This document shows positions 46,449 to 63,232 of a stretch of DNA of 64,000 nt, piece after piece; positions within the stretch are counted from its first letter, which is position 1; every line of letters starts with the position of its first letter. The translations under genes and the position numbers were made by a program. Origin of the DNA: Dehalococcoidales bacterium (lineage in GTDB: Bacteria; Chloroflexota; Dehalococcoidia; Dehalococcoidales; BS750m-G39); assembly GCA_034419075.1 (NCBI GenBank), contig DAOULR010000007.1:802-64801 (forward strand). The letters run 5' to 3'. The notes beneath the pieces are model-generated. The model was not told the origin of the DNA, did no database searches, and worked only from the letters and a program-made list of their open reading frames with translations.

Positions 46449-46754
46449 TTAGGTCAGGCCGGGGATATTTAGGCCACCGGTGACCTTGCGCATACGCTCG
46501 GCGGCTAGCTCCTGGGACTTGGCGATGCCTTCGTTTACTGCAGCCAGCACCAGGTCTTCCAGCATCTCAACGTCGTCAGGGTTGATTGCCTCGGGGGCTA
46601 TCTTTACCGATTTCACTTCCTGCTGGCCAGTAACAATAACGGTGACCGCCCCGCCCCCCGCTGTGGCTTCGACGGTGGCTTCAGCCAGCTCCTTTTGCGC
46701 CTTAGCCAGCCGGGCCTGAAGTTCCTGAGCCTGTTGCATCATGCGTTTGTTCAC
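46449..46754 (-). CDS. ybaB: YbaB/EbfC nucleoid-associated protein
   Basis: 101 aa. Typical MMQQAQ.LQ....Q.EL...V...AGGG.V.V...G N-terminus. Overlaps the dnaX stop. Confidence 0.9.
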   Translation of the reverse strand: MNKRMMQQAQELQARLAKAQKELAEATVEATAGGGAVTVIVTGQQEVKSVKIAPEAINPDDVEMLEDLVLAAVNEGIAKSQELAAERMRKVTGGLNIPGLT

Positions 46755-48400
46755 AGTTCCTCCGTATTGATGACCTGGGCGCCCATCTTCTTGACGGCAT
46801 CCACCAGGTGGTTGTCTTCGGGCTCGTGGACGCAGCGCACCTGGTAGTCGCGCCCCAGATATTTGCTGATAATGGTCCGGGTTACCTGCTGGTTTTCGGC
46901 GGTCTCCAGCCTTTCCTTATGAATGGGATACTTGAAGGCCAAGACCACGGTATCGTCTTCGATAGCCACCGGTTTGACCCCCGCACTCCTTAAAATGGCA
47001 ACGGCGGGTGTTCTTTTAAGCTCGTCGGGCGCCTGCTCGATAACCTGCTTCCAGTTCACTCTCAGACGCTCGATTTCGCTGTGAAGCTCGGGAGGGGTAG
47101 TGGGCGGGGTCGTATTCTCTGTCTCGGTTGCTTCTTCAGTTGTCTTAGCTGCTTCTGCTTTTGGTTTTTCAGTTGCCTTTGTCTCGACTACATCTTTAGC
47201 TGCATCGGCTGCCTTTGCTTCTTCAGCGGGCTCTGCCTTGGCTGCCTTAGCTTTGGCCGCTGGCTTTTTGGGCGCCTCTTTTGGCGGCGGGGCTTCGTAC
47301 TGGGGTGGGGGGCTTTTCTCCGCTTCGAGGGGTTGGGCGCAATCGACCAGCGCCAGCTCCAGGGGGAGGGTGGAATAATTATCGAAGCCGATTTCGAGCT
47401 GGCCGAAGAGCTTTATCGCCCGTAGTATCTGGGGTAGGGTGGTCTTAGCCGCCAGCTCTTTAAGCTCGGCGATATCCTCGGCGGTGAGGTCAACGGCTTC
47501 CTCGGAGCCAGTCTTAACCAGGAGCAATTGTCTTAGATATGCCACCAGCTCTCGATTGAACTGCCTTAAATCCAGGCCGTCGCTGTTGACGCCGTTTATG
47601 GTGGCCACGCCCGCCGAAACATCGTTATTGACGATGTGCTTGGCCAGCTCTTTAGCCCGCTCGTCGCCAGTGATGCCTAAAACTGCCTGCACCTGGGGTA
47701 GGCCGATTTCGTTGCCGTAGTAAGTGGTAAGCTGTTCTAGCAGGTTTTCGGCATCGCGGAGGCTGCCGGTGGCGCTGCGGGCGATGAGCCTTAAGCCTTC
47801 CGACTCTATCTTGATGCCCTCGGCTTTACAGATGCTTTCCAGCTTGGCGACGACATCGGACTGAGAGATGCGCCTGAAATCAAAGCGCTGACAGCGGGAC
47901 AGAATCGTGGGCAATACCTTGTGTATCTCCGTAGTCGCCAGTACGAAAATGACCTGGGGCGGGGGCTCTTCCAGCGTCTTGAGCAGGGCGTTGGAGGCGC
48001 TGTTGCTGAGCATATGGACTTCGTCGATGATATAAACCTTGTATTTTGCCTGTCCGGGGGCGTAGTTTACCTTTTCGCGCAGGCTGCGGATATCGTCGAC
48101 ACCGGTGTTGCTGGCGGCGTCGATTTCGATGACATCCATGGCGCTGCCTTCGGTTATGGCCAGGCACATCTCGCATTGGTTGCAGGGTTTTTCTTTATCG
48201 GTGCTGAGGCAGTTGACCGCTTTAGCCAGGATACGGGCAGTGGAGGTCTTGCCCGTTCCCCGTGGGCCGTAGAAGAGGTAGGCGTGGGAGACACGCCCGC
48301 TCTTGAGGGCATTACTCAAAGTCTGGGTTACCGCTTCTTGGCCGATAACATCGGCCAGGGTTTGAGGGCGCCATTTGCGATAGAAAACTTGAGATGCCAT
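46751..48400 (-). CDS. dnaX: DNA polymerase III subunit gamma/tau
   Basis: HAYLFYGPRGTGKTS Walker A, zinc module CNQCEMC, DEVHML, SRCQRF. Ala/Lys/Glu/Pro-rich linker before the C-terminal domain. Confidence 0.94.
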   Translation of the reverse strand: MASQVFYRKWRPQTLADVIGQEAVTQTLSNALKSGRVSHAYLFYGPRGTGKTSTARILAKAVNCLSTDKEKPCNQCEMCLAITEGSAMDVIEIDAASNTGVDDIRSLREKVNYAPGQAKYKVYIIDEVHMLSNSASNALLKTLEEPPPQVIFVLATTEIHKVLPTILSRCQRFDFRRISQSDVVAKLESICKAEGIKIESEGLRLIARSATGSLRDAENLLEQLTTYYGNEIGLPQVQAVLGITGDERAKELAKHIVNNDVSAGVATINGVNSDGLDLRQFNRELVAYLRQLLLVKTGSEEAVDLTAEDIAELKELAAKTTLPQILRAIKLFGQLEIGFDNYSTLPLELALVDCAQPLEAEKSPPPQYEAPPPKEAPKKPAAKAKAAKAEPAEEAKAADAAKDVVETKATEKPKAEAAKTTEEATETENTTPPTTPPELHSEIERLRVNWKQVIEQAPDELKRTPAVAILRSAGVKPVAIEDDTVVLAFKYPIHKERLETAENQQVTRTIISKYLGRDYQVRCVHEPEDNHLVDAVKKMGAQVINTEEL

Positions 48401-48460
48401 CGTCCTCTATTATACCCCAAATCGGCTGGTTTCCAAAGGGGATTTCGTAGCTGATAGACG

Positions 48461-48525
48461 TTTGTTTTTAAACAAAAGCCAGCCTTACCAGTTCTGCTAT
48501 CTCTTTTCCACTGGTAAGGCTGGCT
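48461..48525 (-). terminator. Strong hairpin terminator after the tubulin-like gene
   Basis: Perfect 16-bp stem (48477..48492 / 48510..48525) with a 17-nt loop, followed on the minus strand by TTTTGTTT. Confidence 0.6.
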
Positions 48526-48544
48526 AGGGGTTTGGGGTATTGGA

Positions 48545-49717
48545 TTATAGTAATGAGGGTATGTCCTTGGAGGCTTCCTCTATTTCCTTGAGCTTACCCT
48601 CGGCCTGTTTCTCTCTGCCCTTGGAGGCGTGGATGAACTGAGTGGCGGTTTCGTAGTAGCCCTTAATCTTGTCCACAGAGCCCAGTTCGGAGAGGACCAG
48701 GGTGACGTCGATCACGTTCTTTTCCCTGGGGTAGTCGCCGTTCCTGATGACGGCCTCGGGAGCCATATCCCTGAGGTACTCGCCGAGGTCTTTGACCAGG
48801 TCCATGTTCATCTCTTTGTGCGGCGCCGATACCAGGTAGAGCGCCCGTCCCGATTCGGCGGGGTTACACTTGACGGAAAGCTCACTTAAGGCTTCGTCCA
48901 TGGCCTGAATGCCACGGTGGGTCTCGGTGCTCTTCTTGCGGAAGTTGCGGCCCCAGGAGAATAGCTTCCAGGTGGGCAGCTGCGACTTGCCGTAGCCGAT
49001 TACCGTCCAGCCAACCAGGCTCTGGATGATGTCGCCGGCATCGACCATGCGGGCGCCGATGTGGCGGCGCCTGGTCTCTTCACCGGCGCAGAGCAGGTTG
49101 TAGAAAGGCTCGACCATGAGGGTGTTAATCTGGGAGAGGTTGTTCCTCAGCGAGAAGTCCTTGCGGACAAAGCGCTGATTGTCGGCCAGGAAGATGGCAT
49201 CGGCCGTAGTGTAGAGGGACTTGAGGCAGGTAGCCGCGTTGTAGATGGTCCTTTCCTCGGTCTCCTCTTCGTGGGCGAAGGGAAGAACGGCCAGGGTATA
49301 AACGGGTTTGTCGATATAGCGGTCTTTCATCATCTGGGTGATGATGGGCAAGGCACCCGAGCCGGTACCGCCGGCGACGCCAGCAATGAGCAGGAAGGCG
49401 TCGGTTTCAAAGAAGCGGTGGGCTGTTCTCAGGGCGTCGACGACCTTGTCGCCGTCTTCCCTGGCTACCTCAGCCCCCAACTCGTTGATTTTACCTACGC
49501 CGTGACCGCCCGTCCGCCGCCCACCAACCAGAATCCTGTGCTGGTAATCAGGCCTGATGGTTTTTAGCCCGCTTAAATCAGCCGCATCCGTGTTTACGGC
49601 AAAAGCACCAGTGACTATCTCCATCCCGCGTGAGGCACGCGCTCTTTTGTTAAGCCGGGCAAATTCATCAGCCAGCCTACCACCACATTGTCCAAGACCT
49701 ACAACCACTAATTTCAT
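48545..49717 (-). CDS. Tubulin/FtsZ-superfamily GTPase, CetZ-like
   Basis: 390 aa from the ATG 49717 (gaggtga SD). T1 loop GLGQCGGR, GHGVGKINELGAE, tubulin signature AGGTGSG, LAVLPFAHEE, FLADNQ, and T7-like MVDAGDI. Confidence 0.8.
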   Translation of the reverse strand: MKLVVVGLGQCGGRLADEFARLNKRARASRGMEIVTGAFAVNTDAADLSGLKTIRPDYQHRILVGGRRTGGHGVGKINELGAEVAREDGDKVVDALRTAHRFFETDAFLLIAGVAGGTGSGALPIITQMMKDRYIDKPVYTLAVLPFAHEEETEERTIYNAATCLKSLYTTADAIFLADNQRFVRKDFSLRNNLSQINTLMVEPFYNLLCAGEETRRRHIGARMVDAGDIIQSLVGWTVIGYGKSQLPTWKLFSWGRNFRKKSTETHRGIQAMDEALSELSVKCNPAESGRALYLVSAPHKEMNMDLVKDLGEYLRDMAPEAVIRNGDYPREKNVIDVTLVLSELGSVDKIKGYYETATQFIHASKGREKQAEGKLKEIEEASKDIPSLL

Positions 49718-49750
49718 TTTTTCACCTCGTAAATTAAGACTATTGAGTCT

Positions 49751-49780
49751 ATTGTATGCACAGTTTCCCGCCAATGTCAA
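49751..49780 (-). promoter_or_regulatory. Candidate sigma-70 promoter for the tubulin-like gene
   Basis: Minus strand reads TTGACA, 18 nt, TACAAT, about 33 nt upstream of the ATG. Confidence 0.45.
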
Positions 49781-49804
49781 CCCTGACTATAGACGGGGGT
49801 ACTA

Positions 49805-51820
<2,016 letters not shown>

Positions 51821-51831
<11 letters not shown>

Positions 51832-52384
51832 TTGAATTCTCTTCGAACTTCTTTTTGTACTCTTTGTACTCAGCGCCGTAATTGACTTGTATTAATAGAC
51901 CTCCGGTTAGTTGGCTAACATCTAATCTGAATTTCAGGAGTTCCTTATATTGTGTTGTACCGTCAAGTTTACCCAATAGACAGCAGTCCCAATTGCCTGT
52001 ACTGAAGCTAGGAGGGTCGCCTATTACTTGAAAACTATAAACATTTGTAACCGCTTTTCGTCCTTCTACGGCGATTTGTGTGGCCCACTGTTGCTCTTTA
52101 TCCCCTAGTTTGTTGCGTGTAGCATTGAAGAAAAGGAGGGCTTTGGCATTTTTCTGTTGTAACCTCAGTAACAAGGTATCAATGATTATAGGGGCGGCGC
52201 CTGTATTATAGAAGCTGAGCGGTAGTTCAACAATTAATCGATCTGGTGTTTTAGCTGCCATAAAAGAGCGTGGGTAGCTAACTGTCAAATGTCCTTTTCT
52301 CCAGTGTAGCCACCAGAAGCTAAATACAACAAAGAGTACTGCGAATAATGGGACGATAATTTGTAACCAATATGCTAAATCCAT
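51821..52384 (-). CDS. AT-rich membrane-anchored ORFan (1 TM + beta-rich domain)
   Basis: 187 aa. N-terminal TM helix [29 protein letters not shown] strand-turn motif. A sampled line is 37% GC versus 60% in tcmP. 3' end overlaps the GTG start of the downstream gene by 11 nt. Confidence 0.6.
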
Positions 52385-52412
52385 TGTAGGAAATCCCTTA
52401 TTGATAATCCTG

Positions 52413-55022
<2,610 letters not shown>

Positions 55023-55032
55023 GCGTATATGG

Positions 55033-55041
55033 ATTATAGCA
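55033..55041 (-). promoter_or_regulatory. Extended -10 box TGcTATAAT, 10 nt upstream of the TIGR00725-eno operon ATG
   Basis: Minus strand reads ctggTGcTATAATccatatacgcATG with no SD. Confidence 0.45.
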
Positions 55042-55080
55042 CCAGAAAGAGGGGTTTGGAAACAGTCTTTCCTCTCTGGC

Positions 55081-55235
55081 ACCCCACCTTGTTTAGCGAA
55101 CGCATTATTTTCCCACCCAATACCCACCCTATAAGGGTGGTACCCCTTATATATCTCTCTATTTGGGGTGTTTTTAAGAGGGGTGAAACCCCTCTTTACC
55201 TTAAAAGGGTGGTGGGTGGGAAAAGATATAAAACG
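55081..55235 (+). repeat. Intergenic repeat family, copy C with inverted terminal arms
   Basis: The core is identical to copies A and B. Left arm TTTTCCCACCCAataCCCACCC (55108..55129) and right arm GGGTGGtGGGTGGGAAAA (55207..55224) are inverted repeats. Two internal hairpins. Confidence 0.85.
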
Positions 55236-55244
55236 GGGTGAGGG

Positions 55245-55813
55245 CTAGTTGAACTTGTTCATCGCGGGGGTTAAGCCTTCAGAAAGCAGGCAGAGGATGG
55301 CTTCGTTGACGGTGGGGATAATCTTTTCGATGGCGCGTTTTTCGGCGGGGCTGAAGTCGCTTAAAACATAGGCGATGATATCGTCCTCGCTGATTTGGGG
55401 CTTATCAGGTCTTCCAATGCCAATCCGCAAACGAATGAATTCCTGACTGCCTAGTTCCTGGATGATGGAGTTGATGCCCTTGTGCCCGCCGGAACTGCTG
55501 TCGTGGCTAATACGGATTTTAGCCAGGGGCAGGTCGAGGTCATCGTGGATGACGATGAGGTCTTTGGTGTCTATTTTGAACTTCTTGACTAAACGGATGA
55601 CGGACTGGCCGCTGTTGTTCATGAAGGTCTGGGGCCTGGCTAACACCACCTCGTTATCCGCCACCTTGCCCATACCGATGCGGGCCAGACTCTTCTTCTT
55701 GTCGAACTTTATGCCCTCGCTGCGGGCAAAGCGGCTGAGGCAGATAAAGCCGATGTTATGGCGGTGGTGGGCGTAGGAGCGCCCCGGATTGCCCAAGCCG
55801 ACGATTAGCTTCA

Positions 55814-55814
<1 letters not shown>
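55245..55814 (-). CDS. pth: Peptidyl-tRNA hydrolase
   Basis: LIVGLGNPG...HRHNIGF N-terminus and GGHKGI motif. Its ATG shares one base with the ligA stop. Confidence 0.94.
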
Positions 55815-59586
<3,772 letters not shown>

Positions 59587-59681
59587 TTTAAGCACCTCTT
59601 TGTGTTTTAAGTATAGCAGAGCTTGTGGTTGGGCAAAAGAGAAAAGTATTATAATAATTATAATTAAGGGGGGTCGGTAAA

Positions 59682-60302
59682 ATGTGGCTGAAACGAATTT
59701 TAGTATCAATCGCCATTCTGGCGGCGGTGGGCGGCGGTGGTTTCATCCTTTATAACGTGGCTTACACCGTGGGCGACGCCAACGGCTATGACGAGGGCTA
59801 TTTGGCAGGGCAGACAATCGGCTATATTGAGGGCAACCAGGACGGCTATACTGACGGTTATAATCTGGGTCAGGACGAGGGTTATGACCAGGGCGAGACT
59901 GCTGGCTACGAGGCGGGCTATACTGATGGGGTGGCTGCTGGCGCCGGTCACGGTTATTCTCTGAAAGACCCAACCTATGCCGAGGCGGTGGCTTTTCTAT
60001 ACGCCGACCACACTGACTGGAACACGTACGAAGAAGATAGCTACATTTGTAGCCACTTTTCCCGTGACGTTTGTAACAACGCCGAGGCTGAGGGTCTGCG
60101 CTGTGCCTACGTTGAGCTGCGCTACTCGGATTCGGGGCATGCCATAGTCGCCTTCGACACCATTGACCGGGGGCTTGTCTATTTCGAGCCCCAGTTCGAC
60201 GACGAGGTCCGGGTGGAGATCGGCAAACGCTATTCCGCGCTGAACAACTACGCAGTACCTTACTGGGACGACGTGATTCAGGACATACTGGTTATCTGGT
60301 AG
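59682..60302 (+). CDS. Membrane-anchored protein with 16x GxxxG repeat helix and C-terminal Cys/His domain
   Basis: 206 aa. aagggggg SD. TM helix at residues 5-24. Gly at every 4th residue from G31 to G91. C-terminal domain with YICSHF and SGHAIVAF motifs. Confidence 0.7.
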   Translation: MWLKRILVSIAILAAVGGGGFILYNVAYTVGDANGYDEGYLAGQTIGYIEGNQDGYTDGYNLGQDEGYDQGETAGYEAGYTDGVAAGAGHGYSLKDPTYAEAVAFLYADHTDWNTYEEDSYICSHFSRDVCNNAEAEGLRCAYVELRYSDSGHAIVAFDTIDRGLVYFEPQFDDEVRVEIGKRYSALNNYAVPYWDDVIQDILVIW

Positions 60303-60356
60303 CCAACTTGTGCCATTCCTGAACTATGGGGTAAACTAGGTTAGAAAGAGAGAGTT

Positions 60357-61652
60357 ATGGCTGAGATTCATCCCTTCCGGGGGGTGCACTACAATCAGGG
60401 TAAGGTCAGGGACCTGGCCGAAGTTATCTGCCCCCCCTACGACGTTATTACCCCCCAGATGCAGCAGGAGCTTTACCAGCGTAACGAATACAACTTCGTC
60501 CGCCTGGAACACAACCGGGAACTACCCCAGGACACCACCACCGACAACAAGTACACCCGTTCCGCGGCTGTTCTGGAGCGGTGGCTGGCACAAAAGGTTC
60601 TGGTTGCCGATAAAACACCGTCGCTCTATCTCCACGACCACCATTTCCACCATAACGGGCAGGAATACCGTCGGCGCGGTATCATCGCTGGCGTCCGTCT
60701 GCAGGAGTGGGCGGACAACGTCGTTCGACCTCACGAGGGCACACTCGTCGAGCACACCAGCGACCGCCTGAGCCTGCTCTGGGTCTGCCAGGCCAACACC
60801 AGTCCCATACTGGCTCTCTTCGAGGATAAAGGTCAGCTCTCACCACTGCTGTCGCAAAAGGAAAAAGCTTCGCCTCTGCTCAAATCCAGCGAAATCGATG
60901 GGGAGAGGCATGACCTCTGGGCTGTTAACGACTCTGAGGCTATCAATCAGATATGCGCCAGCCTATCCGACCAGCCTCTCTATATCGCCGACGGCCACCA
61001 CCGCTACGAGAGCGCGCTCAGCTATCAGCGGGAACGGCGCGCCAGCTCATCATCGGTTTCGGGTGATGAAGCCTTCAACTTCGTCATGATGGAACTGGTG
61101 GATTTTGCCGACCCGGGGCTGGTCATCCTGCCCGCCCACAGGCTGGTGCGCGGTATGTCCCGGGCGGCTTTGAGTGAGCTTGCCGCCCGCCTGAGGTCAT
61201 TCTTTGAGGTCGAGGAAATACCCGTGGGCAAGGGCGATACCTGGAAACAGGTAGACGGTTTACTTTCGGGGGGAGACAGCGGTGAGGTCAAACTGGCCCT
61301 TTTGGGCTTGGTCGAAGGGCATCTGCTCCGCCTTAAATTACGCGACTCCAGCGCTGCTGACCAAATGATGCCTCACTTCCACTCTGAGTTATACAAGAGA
61401 CTGGACGTCGATATTGTGGATAGCGTTATACCCCGGGATTTGGGGGGTGGGGAGGTCATCACCTACAGCTACGATGGGCAGGACGCGGTCAACAGGGTCC
61501 GGCAACAGGAATACCAGCTCGCCTTTCTCTTGAGCCCGGTTCGGGCGGAGGCGGTCAAAGCCATCGCCGACGCTGGCGATAAGATGTCGCGCAAGGCGAC
61601 CTACTTTTACCCCAAGGTACCGGCGGGCTTAGTCCTGCACCGCCTCGACTAG
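60357..61652 (+). CDS. DUF1015-family protein
   Basis: 431 aa. FRG..Y......v.cPPYDVI N-terminus and ADGHHRYE motif, as I recall for DUF1015. Confidence 0.75.
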   Translation: MAEIHPFRGVHYNQGKVRDLAEVICPPYDVITPQMQQELYQRNEYNFVRLEHNRELPQDTTTDNKYTRSAAVLERWLAQKVLVADKTPSLYLHDHHFHHNGQEYRRRGIIAGVRLQEWADNVVRPHEGTLVEHTSDRLSLLWVCQANTSPILALFEDKGQLSPLLSQKEKASPLLKSSEIDGERHDLWAVNDSEAINQICASLSDQPLYIADGHHRYESALSYQRERRASSSSVSGDEAFNFVMMELVDFADPGLVILPAHRLVRGMSRAALSELAARLRSFFEVEEIPVGKGDTWKQVDGLLSGGDSGEVKLALLGLVEGHLLRLKLRDSSAADQMMPHFHSELYKRLDVDIVDSVIPRDLGGGEVITYSYDGQDAVNRVRQQEYQLAFLLSPVRAEAVKAIADAGDKMSRKATYFYPKVPAGLVLHRLD

Positions 61653-63223
61653 AGCTTGGCCTGTTTCACCGAATAGACATCGGGCAGCGCCAGTATCTGC
61701 TGCTGCTTTTCCTCAGGTAAAGGCTCGTCCAGGGCCAGTATCATCAGGGCGTCGCCCCTCGGCTTTAAGCGGGAGAGGTGCATAGCGCTGATATTGATGT
61801 CGGCCTCGCCGGTGATGTTGCCGGCGGCGCCGATAAGCCCGGGCCTGTCCTTGTGGTTGCAGAAGAGGAAGTAGCCGCCCGTGGGCACGATATCCATCCA
61901 GAAGTTGTTGACCCTGACGATATGCGATTCGCCGTGTATCACCGTGCCCGCGCCGATGGTGGCGCCGGCGCTGGTGGTGACCTCGACGGTGATGAGGCTG
62001 GCGTAGTTGTCGCAGTGTTTTTCTTTCTGCTCGACGACGGTCAGGCCGCGGCGGGAAGCCACGATGTCGGCGTTAACGATGTTGACCCGTTCCTCGCTGA
62101 TGCCTTCCAAAAGCCCGCCCAGGACAGCGGCCTTGAGGGAGTTGGTGTCGTAGTCGGAGATTTCGCCCTCGTACCTAATCTGCACCGAGTTGGTCTGTCC
62201 CTCAGAGAGCTGGCCGACCAGCCGTCCCAGCGTCGCCGCCACCTTGATAAAGGGCGCCAGCGCCGACAGCGTTTCGGAGGGGATAAATGGGGCGTTGACG
62301 GGGTAGCGAGGCGGTTTCCCCTGCAGTATGTCCACCACCTGCTCAGCGACATCAGAAGCCGCCATAGCCTGAGCCTCGGTGGTGGAGGCGCCCAGGTGGG
62401 GGGTAACGATGATGCTTTCGTCCTCGAAGAGAATGCTCCGGGTGCATGGTTCGGTGTCGAAGACATCAATTGCCGCTCCAGCCACCCTCTTTTCCTTAAT
62501 CGCCTTAGCCAGGGCCTCGTCATCGATGAGCCCACCGCGGGCGGTGTTAATGATTCTAACGGTGGGCTTGACCATAGCCAGCTCTTTAGCCCCGATCATG
62601 CGCCGGGTGGAATCGTTCAGGGGCATATGGAGGGTGATAAAGTCTGATTCCTTAAGCAGCTGCTTTATGGGGACCAGTTCCACCTGTAGGTGACGAGCGT
62701 GTTCGGTGGAGATGAAGGGGTCGTAGCCAATGAGCTTCATCTGTAGCCCGCGGGCGCGCTTGGCCACCTCGGAGCCGACATTGCCCAGTCCCAGTATACC
62801 CAGCGTCTTGTTCCTGACCTCGGTGCCCATGAAATCGGAGCGCCTCCACTCTCCCCCTCTGAGCACGGTATGCGCTTGGGGTATGTTACGCGCCAATGCC
62901 AGCATGAGGGCGATGGTGTGCTCGGCGGCGGAGATGGTGTTGCCCGTGGGGGCGTTGACCACGATGATGCCGTGCTGGGTAGCTTCCTCGATATCAACAT
63001 TGTCCACGCCGACGCCGGCGCGGGCAATGACCTGCAGCTTCTTGCCCGCCTTAATGACATCAGCCGTGACCTTGGTCTGGCTGCGCACTAATAAAGCGTC
63101 GTAGTCGCCGATGATATTAATCAATTCCTCGGGTTTTAAGCCTGTCTTGACGTCCACCTCGGCGTGAGGGTGCAGAATCTCTATCCCTTCCTCGGCGAGC
63201 TTGTCGGCAATTAAGACCTTCAT
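61649..63223 (-). CDS. serA: D-3-phosphoglycerate dehydrogenase (long form with ASB and ACT domains)
   Basis: GLGNVGSEVA NAD motif, catalytic R...E...H (PHLGAST), and a C-terminal ACT-like region. Confidence 0.92.
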   Translation of the reverse strand: MKVLIADKLAEEGIEILHPHAEVDVKTGLKPEELINIIGDYDALLVRSQTKVTADVIKAGKKLQVIARAGVGVDNVDIEEATQHGIIVVNAPTGNTISAAEHTIALMLALARNIPQAHTVLRGGEWRRSDFMGTEVRNKTLGILGLGNVGSEVAKRARGLQMKLIGYDPFISTEHARHLQVELVPIKQLLKESDFITLHMPLNDSTRRMIGAKELAMVKPTVRIINTARGGLIDDEALAKAIKEKRVAGAAIDVFDTEPCTRSILFEDESIIVTPHLGASTTEAQAMAASDVAEQVVDILQGKPPRYPVNAPFIPSETLSALAPFIKVAATLGRLVGQLSEGQTNSVQIRYEGEISDYDTNSLKAAVLGGLLEGISEERVNIVNADIVASRRGLTVVEQKEKHCDNYASLITVEVTTSAGATIGAGTVIHGESHIVRVNNFWMDIVPTGGYFLFCNHKDRPGLIGAAGNITGEADINISAMHLSRLKPRGDALMILALDEPLPEEKQQQILALPDVYSVKQAKL

Positions 63224-63232
63224 TATATTCTC

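Noticed and set aside
47262-47290. Possible dnaX -1 frameshift site (ccc aaa aag) producing a gamma subunit
   Set aside because: There are only five A residues and the run is preceded by C, so the E. coli A AAA AAG heptamer is not present. I saw no downstream stem-loop. There is insufficient evidence.
48401-48544. SRP RNA or another ncRNA upstream of dnaX (a common position in some bacteria)
   Set aside because: The spacer is explained by a 16-bp-stem terminator for the tubulin-like gene plus an AT palindrome. I could not recognise the conserved SRP domain IV motifs. An Infernal scan would settle it.
55176-55196. Hairpin as the terminator of pth
   Set aside because: The T-run lies on the wrong side for the minus strand and there is none on the plus-strand 3' side. 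It is treated as part of the repeat element instead.
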